This document shows positions 8,240 through 16,346 of a stretch of 24,000 nucleotides of DNA, piece by piece (the first letter of the stretch is position 1; the number at the start of each line of letters is the position of its first letter). This DNA is from Candidatus Nanoarchaeia archaeon (GTDB taxonomy: Archaea; Nanobdellota; Nanobdellia; Pacearchaeales; GW2011-AR1): positions 454,558-478,557 of the forward strand of contig JAQTST010000001.1 of assembly GCA_028711165.1 (NCBI GenBank), in the 5' to 3' direction. Made by a program: the position numbers and the translations under genes. The notes beneath the pieces are model-generated. The model saw nothing but the letters and a program-made list of their open reading frames with translations. It was not told the DNA's origin and did no database searches.

Positions 8240-9922
8240 TCACATTTCTTCTGCAACTTCTATTCCCAAGAGATAAAGAGAATTTTTTATTGTTGTTCTG
8301 AATGCGTCGACAAGTAATAACCGAAATGCTTCTGATTTGTCGCCGATGACAGGACAGGTGTGATAGAACTCATTAAAAATTTGTGCAAGTTCAAAAGAAT
8401 AATTTGCAATCAAGCCGGGATTAAGTGATTGTTCGGAGTTGATTACAATTTCCGGGAACATTGAAATTTTTTTTACAAGATTATTTTCTGCTGGAGTCAA
8501 ATTGAGAATTTTTATTTTTGACTTGTTAAATTTTCCTGCTTTTTTTATTATTGATGACGCACGGGCATAACTATACTGGATGTAAGGGCCAGAATCTCCC
8601 TCGAAGTTCAAAGCCTGCTCCCATGAAAACTGGACATCTGCCGACGGAGAAGATTTTAAAACAACATATTTCACTGCACCGACGCCAACTTTCTCAGCAT
8701 CGCCTTTTGTTTTTCTTTTCCTGATTTCTTTTTCTGCTTTTTCGATTGTCTTTTTCAAAACATCTTCCAGTAAAATAATATCTCCTGTTCTCGTCGCAAT
8801 TATTTCTTTTCCAAATCTTATTGTTCCGAAAGGAAGATGAACAAGCTTGTCTGAGAAGTCATAACCAAATAATTTTAAGATTTTGAATAATTTATCGAAG
8901 TGGTCTTTTTGCCTGAAATCTGTTACATAAATCATTTTTTCGAAATTATATTTTTTGTATCGCTCGACTGCTGCGCCGATATCATAAGTTATATACGACG
9001 CTGTCTGATTTGAACGGAGTATGAATTTTTTCTGTCTGTCAATTTCTACGTAAACTGCTCCGTCTTTTTCTGACCTGGCAATATTTTTCAGCAAAGCATT
9101 TGTTACGATTTTTTTCCCGTGCTCTGAAAATTCGCTTTGCCCGACGGTTTCATTAAAATCTACATTCAGCATTTCGTAAACTTTGTTGAAACCTTTTTCT
9201 GAAGATTTTCTTATATCGTGCCAAATTTTTTCTGTGTTCTTGTCTCCGAGTTCCAATAATTTTAATTTTTCTTTTGCTCTGTTTGTCCATTCATTATCCT
9301 GAAATTCTTCTTCAACTCCCTCGGTAAGTTTGGATTTTTCTTTCGCACAGAATTTTACATAAAGCCTCAGCAATTCCTGGACAGGATTTTTTTTCAGCGC
9401 ATCTTTATCCAGCCACAATTCATAAGCGACAATCAATTTTCCGATGTGAAGTCCAATATCACCGAGATAATTCACACCAATTGAATCATAACCTAAAAAG
9501 CTGTAAATTCTCATCAGGGAATCTCCGAGGATTGTCGAACGAATATGTCCGATATGCATTGGCTTCCCAATATTCGGCGCTGAAAAATCAATCACAATTT
9601 TTTTATTTTTTCCTATCGGCGATTTTCCAAAATTAGAATTTATTTTTATAATCTGTTCTGCCAGAATTTTCTTGTTTACAAAAAAGTTCAGATAGGGGCC
9701 TTTGCTTTCCACTTTTTCTATTTCTCCGGGAAGTTTTATTTTTTCTGTTAAATGTTCTGCAATTTTGTCAGGAGATTTTTTTTCTTTTTTTGACAGGATA
9801 AAACAGGGAAAAGAATAATCGCCAAAATCTGAAGAAGGGGGAACTTCAATTAATTTTTCAATTTCACTATCTTTCAAAGTTATCCCTGATTTTTTCAGAA
9901 TTTGAATAATTATCTCTTTCAT
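8240..9922 (-). CDS. argS: Arginyl-tRNA synthetase
   Basis: VIDFSAPNIGKPMHIGHIRSTILGDSL, NYLGDIGLHIGKLIVAY, FIRSNQTASYITYDIGAA, GDSGPYIQYSYARASSI, C-terminal DALR-type anticodon domain. Confidence 0.96.
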   Translation of the reverse strand: MKEIIIQILKKSGITLKDSEIEKLIEVPPSSDFGDYSFPCFILSKKEKKSPDKIAEHLTEKIKLPGEIEKVESKGPYLNFFVNKKILAEQIIKINSNFGKSPIGKNKKIVIDFSAPNIGKPMHIGHIRSTILGDSLMRIYSFLGYDSIGVNYLGDIGLHIGKLIVAYELWLDKDALKKNPVQELLRLYVKFCAKEKSKLTEGVEEEFQDNEWTNRAKEKLKLLELGDKNTEKIWHDIRKSSEKGFNKVYEMLNVDFNETVGQSEFSEHGKKIVTNALLKNIARSEKDGAVYVEIDRQKKFILRSNQTASYITYDIGAAVERYKKYNFEKMIYVTDFRQKDHFDKLFKILKLFGYDFSDKLVHLPFGTIRFGKEIIATRTGDIILLEDVLKKTIEKAEKEIRKRKTKGDAEKVGVGAVKYVVLKSSPSADVQFSWEQALNFEGDSGPYIQYSYARASSIIKKAGKFNKSKIKILNLTPAENNLVKKISMFPEIVINSEQSLNPGLIANYSFELAQIFNEFYHTCPVIGDKSEAFRLLLVDAFRTTIKNSLYLLGIEVAEEM

Positions 9923-9961
9923 AATTTTCTAAAGAAAGATTTATTTTTATATGTATTGAAA

Positions 9962-10369
9962 TTATTTCTTAGAAAATGCTCTTTTCGCTTCTTTGTTGAA
10001 TAATAAATATCCGATGGTAGCGCCATTTATTGCAAGATAGATTATGCCGTTCGCAATATGAGATGCAATTATAGAAACTCCCGCAAGAACTCCTAATGCT
10101 GAAATGATTATTGCAACAATTTTTGCCCAGTTTTTTATCTTCCATAAACCTCTTCCGACGAGGAAAGCCAATCCCCCGACGATTAATACAAATATTCCCA
10201 TAAAAGCAAAAAAACCACTTCCTAATTCACTAAGAATAGGAATTTCAAGAGAGCCAATTATGCCACCGCTAAATAAAAATAACAATCCGAATAAAGCTGC
10301 ACTGCCTGCACCGATGTAGTATAAAATAGAAATTATTTTAACACCGATTGGAATATTTTTCCCAGCCAT
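9962..10369 (-). CDS. Four-TM membrane protein of unknown function
   Basis: 135 aa, four hydrophobic segments; directly upstream of argS on the same strand. Confidence 0.65.
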   Translation of the reverse strand: MAGKNIPIGVKIISILYYIGAGSAALFGLLFLFSGGIIGSLEIPILSELGSGFFAFMGIFVLIVGGLAFLVGRGLWKIKNWAKIVAIIISALGVLAGVSIIASHIANGIIYLAINGATIGYLLFNKEAKRAFSKK

Positions 10370-10439
10370 TTAATTTTTAAGAAAAGATACTATAAAAATG
10401 TTAGCAAAGTATAAAAATGAATATGTATTATCAATATTT

Positions 10440-11336
10440 ATGGAAGAGGAAAAAAATATCTATGACGTTATAATCGTCGGGGCTGGGCCTGCGGGACTGA
10501 CATCTGCATTATTTTCTGTCCGTGACGGACTTAAGACGCTGGTAGTTGCGAGAACTCTCGGGGGGACTGCAAATTCAATTTTGAAATTAGAAAACTGGCC
10601 AGGATACAAGGGAACAGGAATTGAACTAATGAAAAATTTTTATGAACAATTGAAATCGTATCCTATTGAAGTTATCGTCGACGATGTTCAGAGCGTTGAG
10701 AAAAAGGGAGAGGGATTTGTTATAAAAACTTCGAGCAAAGAATTTGGAACAAAAACATTAATTTTAGCGACAGGAACAAAAAGGGAAAACAAAATTCCTG
10801 GTGAGGAAAAATTCGTTGGAAAAGGAGTTAGCTACTGCGCAACGTGTGATGCATTTTTTTTCAAGGATAAGACAATAGCAATCGTTGTCTGGGAAGATTC
10901 CAGTGCTGAAGAAATTATTACCCTCGCAAATCTCGCGCAGAAAGTTTATGTGGTATGCGACAAGAAATTTAAGGCTAAAAGAGAATTGAAGAAAGTTAAG
11001 AAAAAAATTGAGATTATGAACAATTCTGTTCTTACAGAAATAAAGGGAGAAGACAAGGTTCAAGGCCTGATGATAAAAGACAGGAAAGGAGAAAAAGAAA
11101 TAAATGTCGACGGAGTTTTTATCGTAATTGGCGCAACTCCAATTACTGAGTTTGCAAAAAAACTGAAACTGAAGATGAACAAAGAAAATTTTATCGTCGT
11201 TAATGAAGGGATGGAAACTTCTGTCAAGGGAATTTTTGCTGCAGGAGACGTGATAAATTCTACAATAAAAGGAGTTCTGACTTCATCGGCGCAGGGAGCA
11301 ATTGCTGCGAAAAATGCCGAGGAATTTTTGCAATGA
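10440..11336 (+). CDS. Thioredoxin reductase-like flavoprotein (FAD-binding, CATC redox motif)
   Basis: IYDVIIVGAGPAGLTSALFSVRDG, LILATGTKRENKIPGEEKFVGKGVSYCATCDAFFFKDK, GIFAAGDVI. ORF extends to 10398; the ATG at 10440 precedes the canonical Rossmann start. Confidence 0.85.
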   Translation: MEEEKNIYDVIIVGAGPAGLTSALFSVRDGLKTLVVARTLGGTANSILKLENWPGYKGTGIELMKNFYEQLKSYPIEVIVDDVQSVEKKGEGFVIKTSSKEFGTKTLILATGTKRENKIPGEEKFVGKGVSYCATCDAFFFKDKTIAIVVWEDSSAEEIITLANLAQKVYVVCDKKFKAKRELKKVKKKIEIMNNSVLTEIKGEDKVQGLMIKDRKGEKEINVDGVFIVIGATPITEFAKKLKLKMNKENFIVVNEGMETSVKGIFAAGDVINSTIKGVLTSSAQGAIAAKNAEEFLQ

Positions 11337-11698
11337 GTTTTTTTGGTTGTCTGTTGAAATATTTTGACAGCAGATATGATATGGGAAGAATGATGAGGAT
11401 TTATGATTACATTATGAATAATAACCAAATAAATATCTCGGGATATTCCTCGGGAAAAGCAGGATTCCAGAAAAAAAATGTTTCCCAGAATCTTTATCTT
11501 AACAGAGATTATTTGCTGATGAGAAATCAGGAAAGAAAATGCAACAGCAGATGCACGGCGATTCCAAAAAATAGATTAGAAAATAGGATTATGAAAAATA
11601 TTGTTAAAGAAATAAATGCCGAAAGAAAACAAAAAATTAAAGAAAGTTTTTCCAGAAAGATTAAAAGCAGAAGATGGGCGAAGAGACACCATAAATAA
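11333..11698 (+). CDS. Hypothetical basic protein
   Basis: 121-aa open frame overlapping the end of the previous CDS by 4 nt (ATGA); highly basic C-terminus; no family recognised. Confidence 0.35.
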   Translation: MSFFGCLLKYFDSRYDMGRMMRIYDYIMNNNQINISGYSSGKAGFQKKNVSQNLYLNRDYLLMRNQERKCNSRCTAIPKNRLENRIMKNIVKEINAERKQKIKESFSRKIKSRRWAKRHHK

Positions 11699-11732
11699 AA
11701 ACATTTATAACTGATTCTTTTATGAAATATTT

Positions 11733-11963
11733 ATGACAGAAATAAAAAAAGACAAACTTGAAGATGCGCTGAACAGCGAGAGAACTGAACAGCCAAAAGT
11801 CAGCAAAGACATGGAAATTGGTTTTCACCAAGGAGCTTTGAATACTTTAGTTAACGAGAGAAATGAGATGATAAGAATGATTCAGCAGATTGAACAAGTC
11901 ATGCAGGCGCACATTAAGAGACTTGAAGAACTAGGTGTGAAGATTAAGACAGGGAAAGAATAA
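11733..11963 (+). CDS. Small coiled-coil hypothetical protein
   Basis: 76 aa, amphipathic helical, TATA-like element upstream (aaaacatttataa). Confidence 0.65.
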   Translation: MTEIKKDKLEDALNSERTEQPKVSKDMEIGFHQGALNTLVNERNEMIRMIQQIEQVMQAHIKRLEELGVKIKTGKE

Positions 11964-12016
11964 TTCTAAAATTAAATGTAGTCAATCCAAAAATTAATTT
12001 GTTTAACAACAACACA

Positions 12017-12089
12017 AGCCTCAGATGAGGATTGAACTCATGACCTCCAGTTTACGAAACTGGCGCTCTGCCAACTGAGCTACTGAGGC
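12017..12089 (-). tRNA. tRNA-Thr(CGU)
   Basis: GCCTCAG-TA-GCTC..GAGC-G-CCAGT-TTCGTAA-ACTGG-AGGTC-ATGAG-TTCAATC-CTCAT-CTGAGGC-T; perfect acceptor, anticodon and T stems. Confidence 0.97.
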
Positions 12090-12177
12090 GCGAAGACACC
12101 AAGGTTTCTTTCGCTTAATCTTCCTTTTATTAGAATTCTAAAAGTTTTTATATAGTTCGTTTTTGATAAATATATAG

Positions 12178-12261
12178 GCGGGTGTGCCAGAGTGGTCAAA
12201 TGGGTAGGACTTAAGATCCTATGGCTTAGTGCCTTCGAAGGTTCGAATCCTTTCACCCGCA
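12178..12261 (+). tRNA. tRNA-Leu(UAA), class II
   Basis: Acceptor GCGGGTG/CACCCGC, anticodon stem TAGGA-CTTAAGA-TCCTA, variable arm, T arm GAAGG-TTCGAAT-CCTTT, discriminator A. Confidence 0.97.
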
Positions 12262-12361
12262 TAAATAAGGGTGAATGAAAATTGAAAATTTGACTTCATC
12301 CGCATCAATATTCTAAAATTTTAAAACAAAGTTTTATAAACGATTTTTTCTGGGGAACTTT

Positions 12362-13057
12362 ATGACAAAATTAGAGAAAATATTGAGCAAAAGTTTGAAG
12401 GCAGTTCTGGCTTTTTCGTTAATGTCATTCGCACAAGTGAAATTATCTGTAGATGAAATGCCGAAAAAATATCCTTATATTCCTTATCCTCCGACGACAA
12501 TTGAAGAAAAACTTGCAACACCGCAAGGACTTAAAGAATATATTTGTCCTGATGAAAGAGTTTTGGCGAGAACCAGAAAATTAATAGGCACCAAAGTACC
12601 AAGAGGAGAAGATATATGCTGCTGGACTGCAGTCAAACATGTTTATGACAGTGCAGGAGTTTTGATGAATTGCGTTTATGCAGTCAGCGGGGGGGAAAGC
12701 TATAAATTCAAGAATAAAGAAACTATGAATCAATATGAGCATATAACTGTCGGAGAGACAAGAATAAACGGCAGACTGGTTATTGAACCAATTTCTCCCT
12801 CAAGATGCCTTAGTACAGACGCAAGAAAAAAATTAGATTATATTTCTCCAGGAGACATTTTGTCATATGTTTTCGACGGCAAAACAGGACACAGTGTAAT
12901 TTTTATGGGGTGGAAAGACAAGAAGAATAAAATTGCAGAATTATTTGACTGGAGAGGAACAGATTCGCAGGGAAAAATGCATTATTATCAAACATTTGAA
13001 GAAGATATCGGCGATGGCCACAATCCTGTTTTTCTAATCTGGAAACCGAGATTTTAA
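12362..13057 (+). CDS. Secreted protein with NlpC/P60- or CHAP-like (papain-fold) signature
   Basis: N-terminal hydrophobic signal; EDICCWTAVKHVYDSAGV ... LDYISPGDILSYVFDGKTGHSVIFMGW ... ELFDWRG is compatible with a Cys-His-Asp/Asn layout. Confidence 0.5.
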   Translation: MTKLEKILSKSLKAVLAFSLMSFAQVKLSVDEMPKKYPYIPYPPTTIEEKLATPQGLKEYICPDERVLARTRKLIGTKVPRGEDICCWTAVKHVYDSAGVLMNCVYAVSGGESYKFKNKETMNQYEHITVGETRINGRLVIEPISPSRCLSTDARKKLDYISPGDILSYVFDGKTGHSVIFMGWKDKKNKIAELFDWRGTDSQGKMHYYQTFEEDIGDGHNPVFLIWKPRF

Positions 13058-13449
13058 TAATTTAAAGGAAATCTCAAGTAAATTCCAAATCCTATTGAAT
13101 TATTCTGGCTTTCAAAATAAATGTGATTAAAAGGATTGCATTCGGCTTTCAAAGATAAATCAGGGGTGAGTCTTAACTCAAACCCCGAATCGATATTAAA
13201 AGTTGGTTTATTCAAATAAGGCAAAAATGATTTTATCATACTGTTAACTGAAATTCCAACACCAGCATATCCGACACCTTTGAATGAAACATTTTGTTTT
13301 GGATTAAGAATGCCATTTGAAATAATTTTTTCTGAAAGTGGTTTGTAAACTGGAACGGGATTTGGGATAGATTCATCTGCAGGCAGTTTAGCAGAGCCAA
13401 GAAGAAATCCTGATAATGCAAGAATCTGCAGTCCTTTTTTATTTGTCAT
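13054..13449 (-). CDS. Secreted/exported hypothetical protein with alternating beta-strand-like C-terminus
   Basis: N-terminal signal-like sequence; convergent, 4-nt overlap with the previous CDS; no recognised family. Confidence 0.5.
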   Translation of the reverse strand: MTNKKGLQILALSGFLLGSAKLPADESIPNPVPVYKPLSEKIISNGILNPKQNVSFKGVGYAGVGISVNSMIKSFLPYLNKPTFNIDSGFELRLTPDLSLKAECNPFNHIYFESQNNSIGFGIYLRFPLNY

Positions 13450-13523
13450 TGAAATTTAGATTAGAATAGATATATAAATTTTATCGTAATAAAGAATATA
13501 ATCTTTCAATATTTCAGAAGAAA

Positions 13524-14303
13524 ATGAAAAGAAAAAGAGAAATTATTTTGCTGGGTATTTTGATATTGCTGATGTTTGTTATAAATTACAGCTTTGTTGA
13601 TAATGCGGTTGTTGAATTTCTTGACGATTATGAAACAACGATTGTGGAAAGAGTTATCGACGGTGACACGATTGTCGTCGGGAATGACACCCATGTGAGA
13701 CTGCTGGGAATTAACACGCCTGAAAAAGGGGAGAAATATTACAATGAAGCGAAAAATTTTTTATCGATGGTAATTCTCAACAAGACAGTTGAATTAAGGT
13801 TTGGAAAAGAGAGATATGACAGATACGGAAGAGAACTTGCTTACGTGTTTTATAATGATGCAAATGTAAATCTGGAATTAGTCGACGAGGGCTATGCGAA
13901 TTTTTATTTTCCGTCGGGAAAAGATGAATATTATGACAGGGCTGTAAAAAATTGGGAGCACTGCATTTCAAATAACAAATATCTCTGCGAAAAATCCGAC
14001 GACAAATGTGCTGACTGCGTTGAGTTGGAAGAATTTGAAAATCAGGAAGTTATCTTCGGAAATAATTGCAATTTTGAATGTGATTTAACCGGCTGGAGCA
14101 TTAAAGATGAAGGGAGGAAGAAATTTATTTTTGGGGATTTTGTTCTTGAAAAAAATAAAGAAGTGAAAATCATCGTCGGCAACAAGACAAACAGCAACGG
14201 CATTTTGTACTGGAAGAATGAAGATTATGTCTGGACAGAAACAGGAGACACTTTATTTTTGCGAGATAAAGGGGGGAAGCTGGTTTTGTGGAAGAAATAT
14301 TAG
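13524..14303 (+). CDS. Staphylococcal nuclease-like (thermonuclease) domain with C-terminal lamin-tail domain, membrane-anchored or exported
   Basis: N-terminal TM; VERVIDGDTIVVGNDTHVRLLGINTPE ... RYDRYGRELAYVF; then CNFECDLTGWSIKDEGRKKFIFGDFVLEKNKEVKIIVG ... GDTLFLRDKGGKLV typical of LTD. Confidence 0.9.
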   Translation: MKRKREIILLGILILLMFVINYSFVDNAVVEFLDDYETTIVERVIDGDTIVVGNDTHVRLLGINTPEKGEKYYNEAKNFLSMVILNKTVELRFGKERYDRYGRELAYVFYNDANVNLELVDEGYANFYFPSGKDEYYDRAVKNWEHCISNNKYLCEKSDDKCADCVELEEFENQEVIFGNNCNFECDLTGWSIKDEGRKKFIFGDFVLEKNKEVKIIVGNKTNSNGILYWKNEDYVWTETGDTLFLRDKGGKLVLWKKY

Positions 14304-14342
14304 CACAATAAAACTAATAAACTTCAAACGTTTAGAGAGATA

Positions 14343-14633
14343 ATGAGAAAATTAATCTCTCTCGTCGGAGGATTGGTATTTTTAACGAGCCCATTGTTTT
14401 CTCAGGAAATAAAACCTGCAGAAGACCCATATAAATTTATCCCGAAGGGGACAGAATGCTATCATTTAGATATTGATGGGGATGGGAAAATAGAAATTTA
14501 CTGGTGGGACAAAAATGAAAATTTCGAGATGGAAGATGATGAAATTTTTATAGATTTGAACGGTGATGAAATTCCGGACTGCAATTATTCTGATTACAAA
14601 GAGTGGAAAAAATTATCCGAAACTCTTGCTTAG
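14343..14633 (+). CDS. Small secreted protein with EF-hand/dockerin-like Ca-binding loop
   Basis: Signal peptide, then DIDGDGKIEIYWW and FIDLNGDEIPD. Confidence 0.65.
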   Translation: MRKLISLVGGLVFLTSPLFSQEIKPAEDPYKFIPKGTECYHLDIDGDGKIEIYWWDKNENFEMEDDEIFIDLNGDEIPDCNYSDYKEWKKLSETLA

Positions 14634-14659
14634 TGATTGTAAATATATTTATCAATCAT

Positions 14660-14674
14660 AATAATGCTTTTAAA
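14660..14674 (+). promoter_or_regulatory. Promoter-like element AATAATGCTTTTAAA, copy 1
   Basis: Identical 15-mer also upstream of the next surface gene (16311-16325); contains TATA-like TTTTAAA. Confidence 0.6.
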
Positions 14675-14695
14675 TAAAAACCTTAATTATATTTT

Positions 14696-14821
14696 ATGGG
14701 TGCTAAAAAGGGTACAATTTTCTATTTACAATTTCATGGTTATACGTGTAACAATATCGATATAACAAATCTGTTTCGCAGAAGATTTGAAATACAGATG
14801 AAAGGAGGTTTAAAAAAATGA
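14696..14821 (+). CDS. Candidate 41-aa upstream ORF overlapping the PKD-protein start (ATGA)
   Basis: MGAKKGTIFYLQFHGYTCNNIDITNLFRRRFEIQMKGGLKK*; the ATG lies about 25 bp downstream of TATA-like TTTTAAATA; the stop TGA overlaps the ATG at 14818. Below the ORF-track cutoff. Confidence 0.35.
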   Translation: MGAKKGTIFYLQFHGYTCNNIDITNLFRRRFEIQMKGGLKK

Positions 14822-16209
14822 GAAAAAATATTTTAGGTATTTTAGCATTCGTAATGGCTTTCGTCATGATTGGTGGAGTTAGTGCTACTATTGCAGATGG
14901 TGTTGTATTTACTTCACCCGCATTAAGTAGTTATGTTCATAGTACAATAAATGTGCAGTGGACAAATGTACATAGTTATCCAACTTTAACTTTGCAATAT
15001 GTTCAAGGAGAATGTAATGCAAGCGAAGGATGGACAAGTATTGGTTCTGAAAATATGCCTTCAACCAAATTAAGTTCCTCTTGGAATACTGCAGGATTAG
15101 ATGATGGAAACTATTGTTTGAGACTTCAAACTGCTAGCCTTCTAACTGAAGATTCTGTGGCAGTAACTGTAGATAATGAAAAACCTATTGCAAAAATTGC
15201 AGTAACTGGAAATAAAATTCAATACGAAAAATTGAACTTTTATGGAAATGGTTCTACAGATAATAATGGAATTGCAAGTTACTTATGGGAATTTGGTGAT
15301 GGAAGTACAAGTACTGAGATGAATCCAACTCACTCTTATTTAGTAGTAGATGATTATACTGTTAAACTAACAGTAACTGATTCAGCAGGAAACAAAGATT
15401 CTGCAACAAAGTCTATTACTATAGCAGATATTCCTTATGAAGAACCAAGCACAGTTTTTGAAGCTGGAATAAGAGAAATGTTAGACTTACACAGTTCAAT
15501 TGATACTGGTTTAACAGGAACAATAGAATGTAGTGTATTGCCTTCTAGTCTTCCTATAGACGGACTCGTCTTAGGTGAATCTGGAAGCAATTGTACTTTT
15601 GACTGGACAAATATTCCTTATTCTTACCGAGGATTGCATGAATTATCTATAAGGGTAAGTAGCACTGAAGCTGCTACACCAAAGTACTTCAAGGTAGACA
15701 TAACAGTTTACACTTGGATGGCTCCTCTTGTTGTAACAAATGAGAACTACGGATGGAATATGTTTTCAATTCCAATGATGCCTGCAGATACTGACAGCGA
15801 TTCTGTATTAGCTAATATAAAAGATAATATGGATAGCGATAATGTATGGCAATATGATGCAACTGCACAGAAATGGAAGAAGACAACAAAGATTGTTCCA
15901 GGATATGCATACAGAGTAAAGATGAAAGCTACTGACACTTTGAAAGGTTTCGGAAACATTGAAGGAAGTCAGGTTCCAGTTGTAAATGGCTGGAATGCTA
16001 TTGGACATTACGGAATTAATTCTGTATCAATAGATGATGCTTTGACAAGTTTAACTTTGGGAGATGTTAAGTTCTATGATAGTATTCTATCAAGCAGCTC
16101 AACATTCGATGCTTATCAAGGTTATTTCTTAACTGCTAAATTCCTGCCAGATACATCTGAACTTTACACTCCATCACAGAGTGTTATAAATTATATCTTG
16201 GCAGATTAA
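14818..16209 (+). CDS. Exported PKD-domain surface protein (possibly S-layer-like)
   Basis: Signal peptide; PKD motif SYLWEFGDGSTSTEMNPTHSYLVVDDYTVKLTVTDSAGN; remainder beta-rich. Strong AAAGGAGG ribosome-binding site. Confidence 0.88.
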   Translation: MRKNILGILAFVMAFVMIGGVSATIADGVVFTSPALSSYVHSTINVQWTNVHSYPTLTLQYVQGECNASEGWTSIGSENMPSTKLSSSWNTAGLDDGNYCLRLQTASLLTEDSVAVTVDNEKPIAKIAVTGNKIQYEKLNFYGNGSTDNNGIASYLWEFGDGSTSTEMNPTHSYLVVDDYTVKLTVTDSAGNKDSATKSITIADIPYEEPSTVFEAGIREMLDLHSSIDTGLTGTIECSVLPSSLPIDGLVLGESGSNCTFDWTNIPYSYRGLHELSIRVSSTEAATPKYFKVDITVYTWMAPLVVTNENYGWNMFSIPMMPADTDSDSVLANIKDNMDSDNVWQYDATAQKWKKTTKIVPGYAYRVKMKATDTLKGFGNIEGSQVPVVNGWNAIGHYGINSVSIDDALTSLTLGDVKFYDSILSSSSTFDAYQGYFLTAKFLPDTSELYTPSQSVINYILAD

Positions 16210-16310
16210 GTTCAATTTTAATTTTTTATTTTTCTTTTTCTTTCTTTTTTATTTTACCGTCAGTACTGGATAGTTTTTATTAATATATCACAAAGATATT
16301 TATTGAGAAT

Positions 16311-16325
16311 AATAATGCTTTTAAA
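16311..16325 (+). promoter_or_regulatory. Promoter-like element AATAATGCTTTTAAA, copy 2
   Basis: Same 15-mer as 14660-14674; lies about 25 bp upstream of the ATG at 16347, suggesting a near-leaderless transcript. Confidence 0.6.
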
Positions 16326-16346
16326 CAGAAACGAGAATTAAGTGAT

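Noticed and set aside
10764-11428. Minus-strand ORFs opposite the thioredoxin reductase-like gene
   Set aside because: Low-complexity antisense frames overlapping a clear flavoprotein.
11333-11698. Considered as a nucleic-acid-binding regulator because of its basic tail
   Set aside because: No recognisable domain; Asn/Lys/Arg-rich composition is common in AT-rich non-genic frames, so kept only as a low-confidence CDS.
12080-12262. ORF 12080-12262 (-) MRVKGFEPSKALSHRILSP...
   Set aside because: Antisense read-through of tRNA-Leu and part of the tRNA-Thr region, a typical spurious ORF type.
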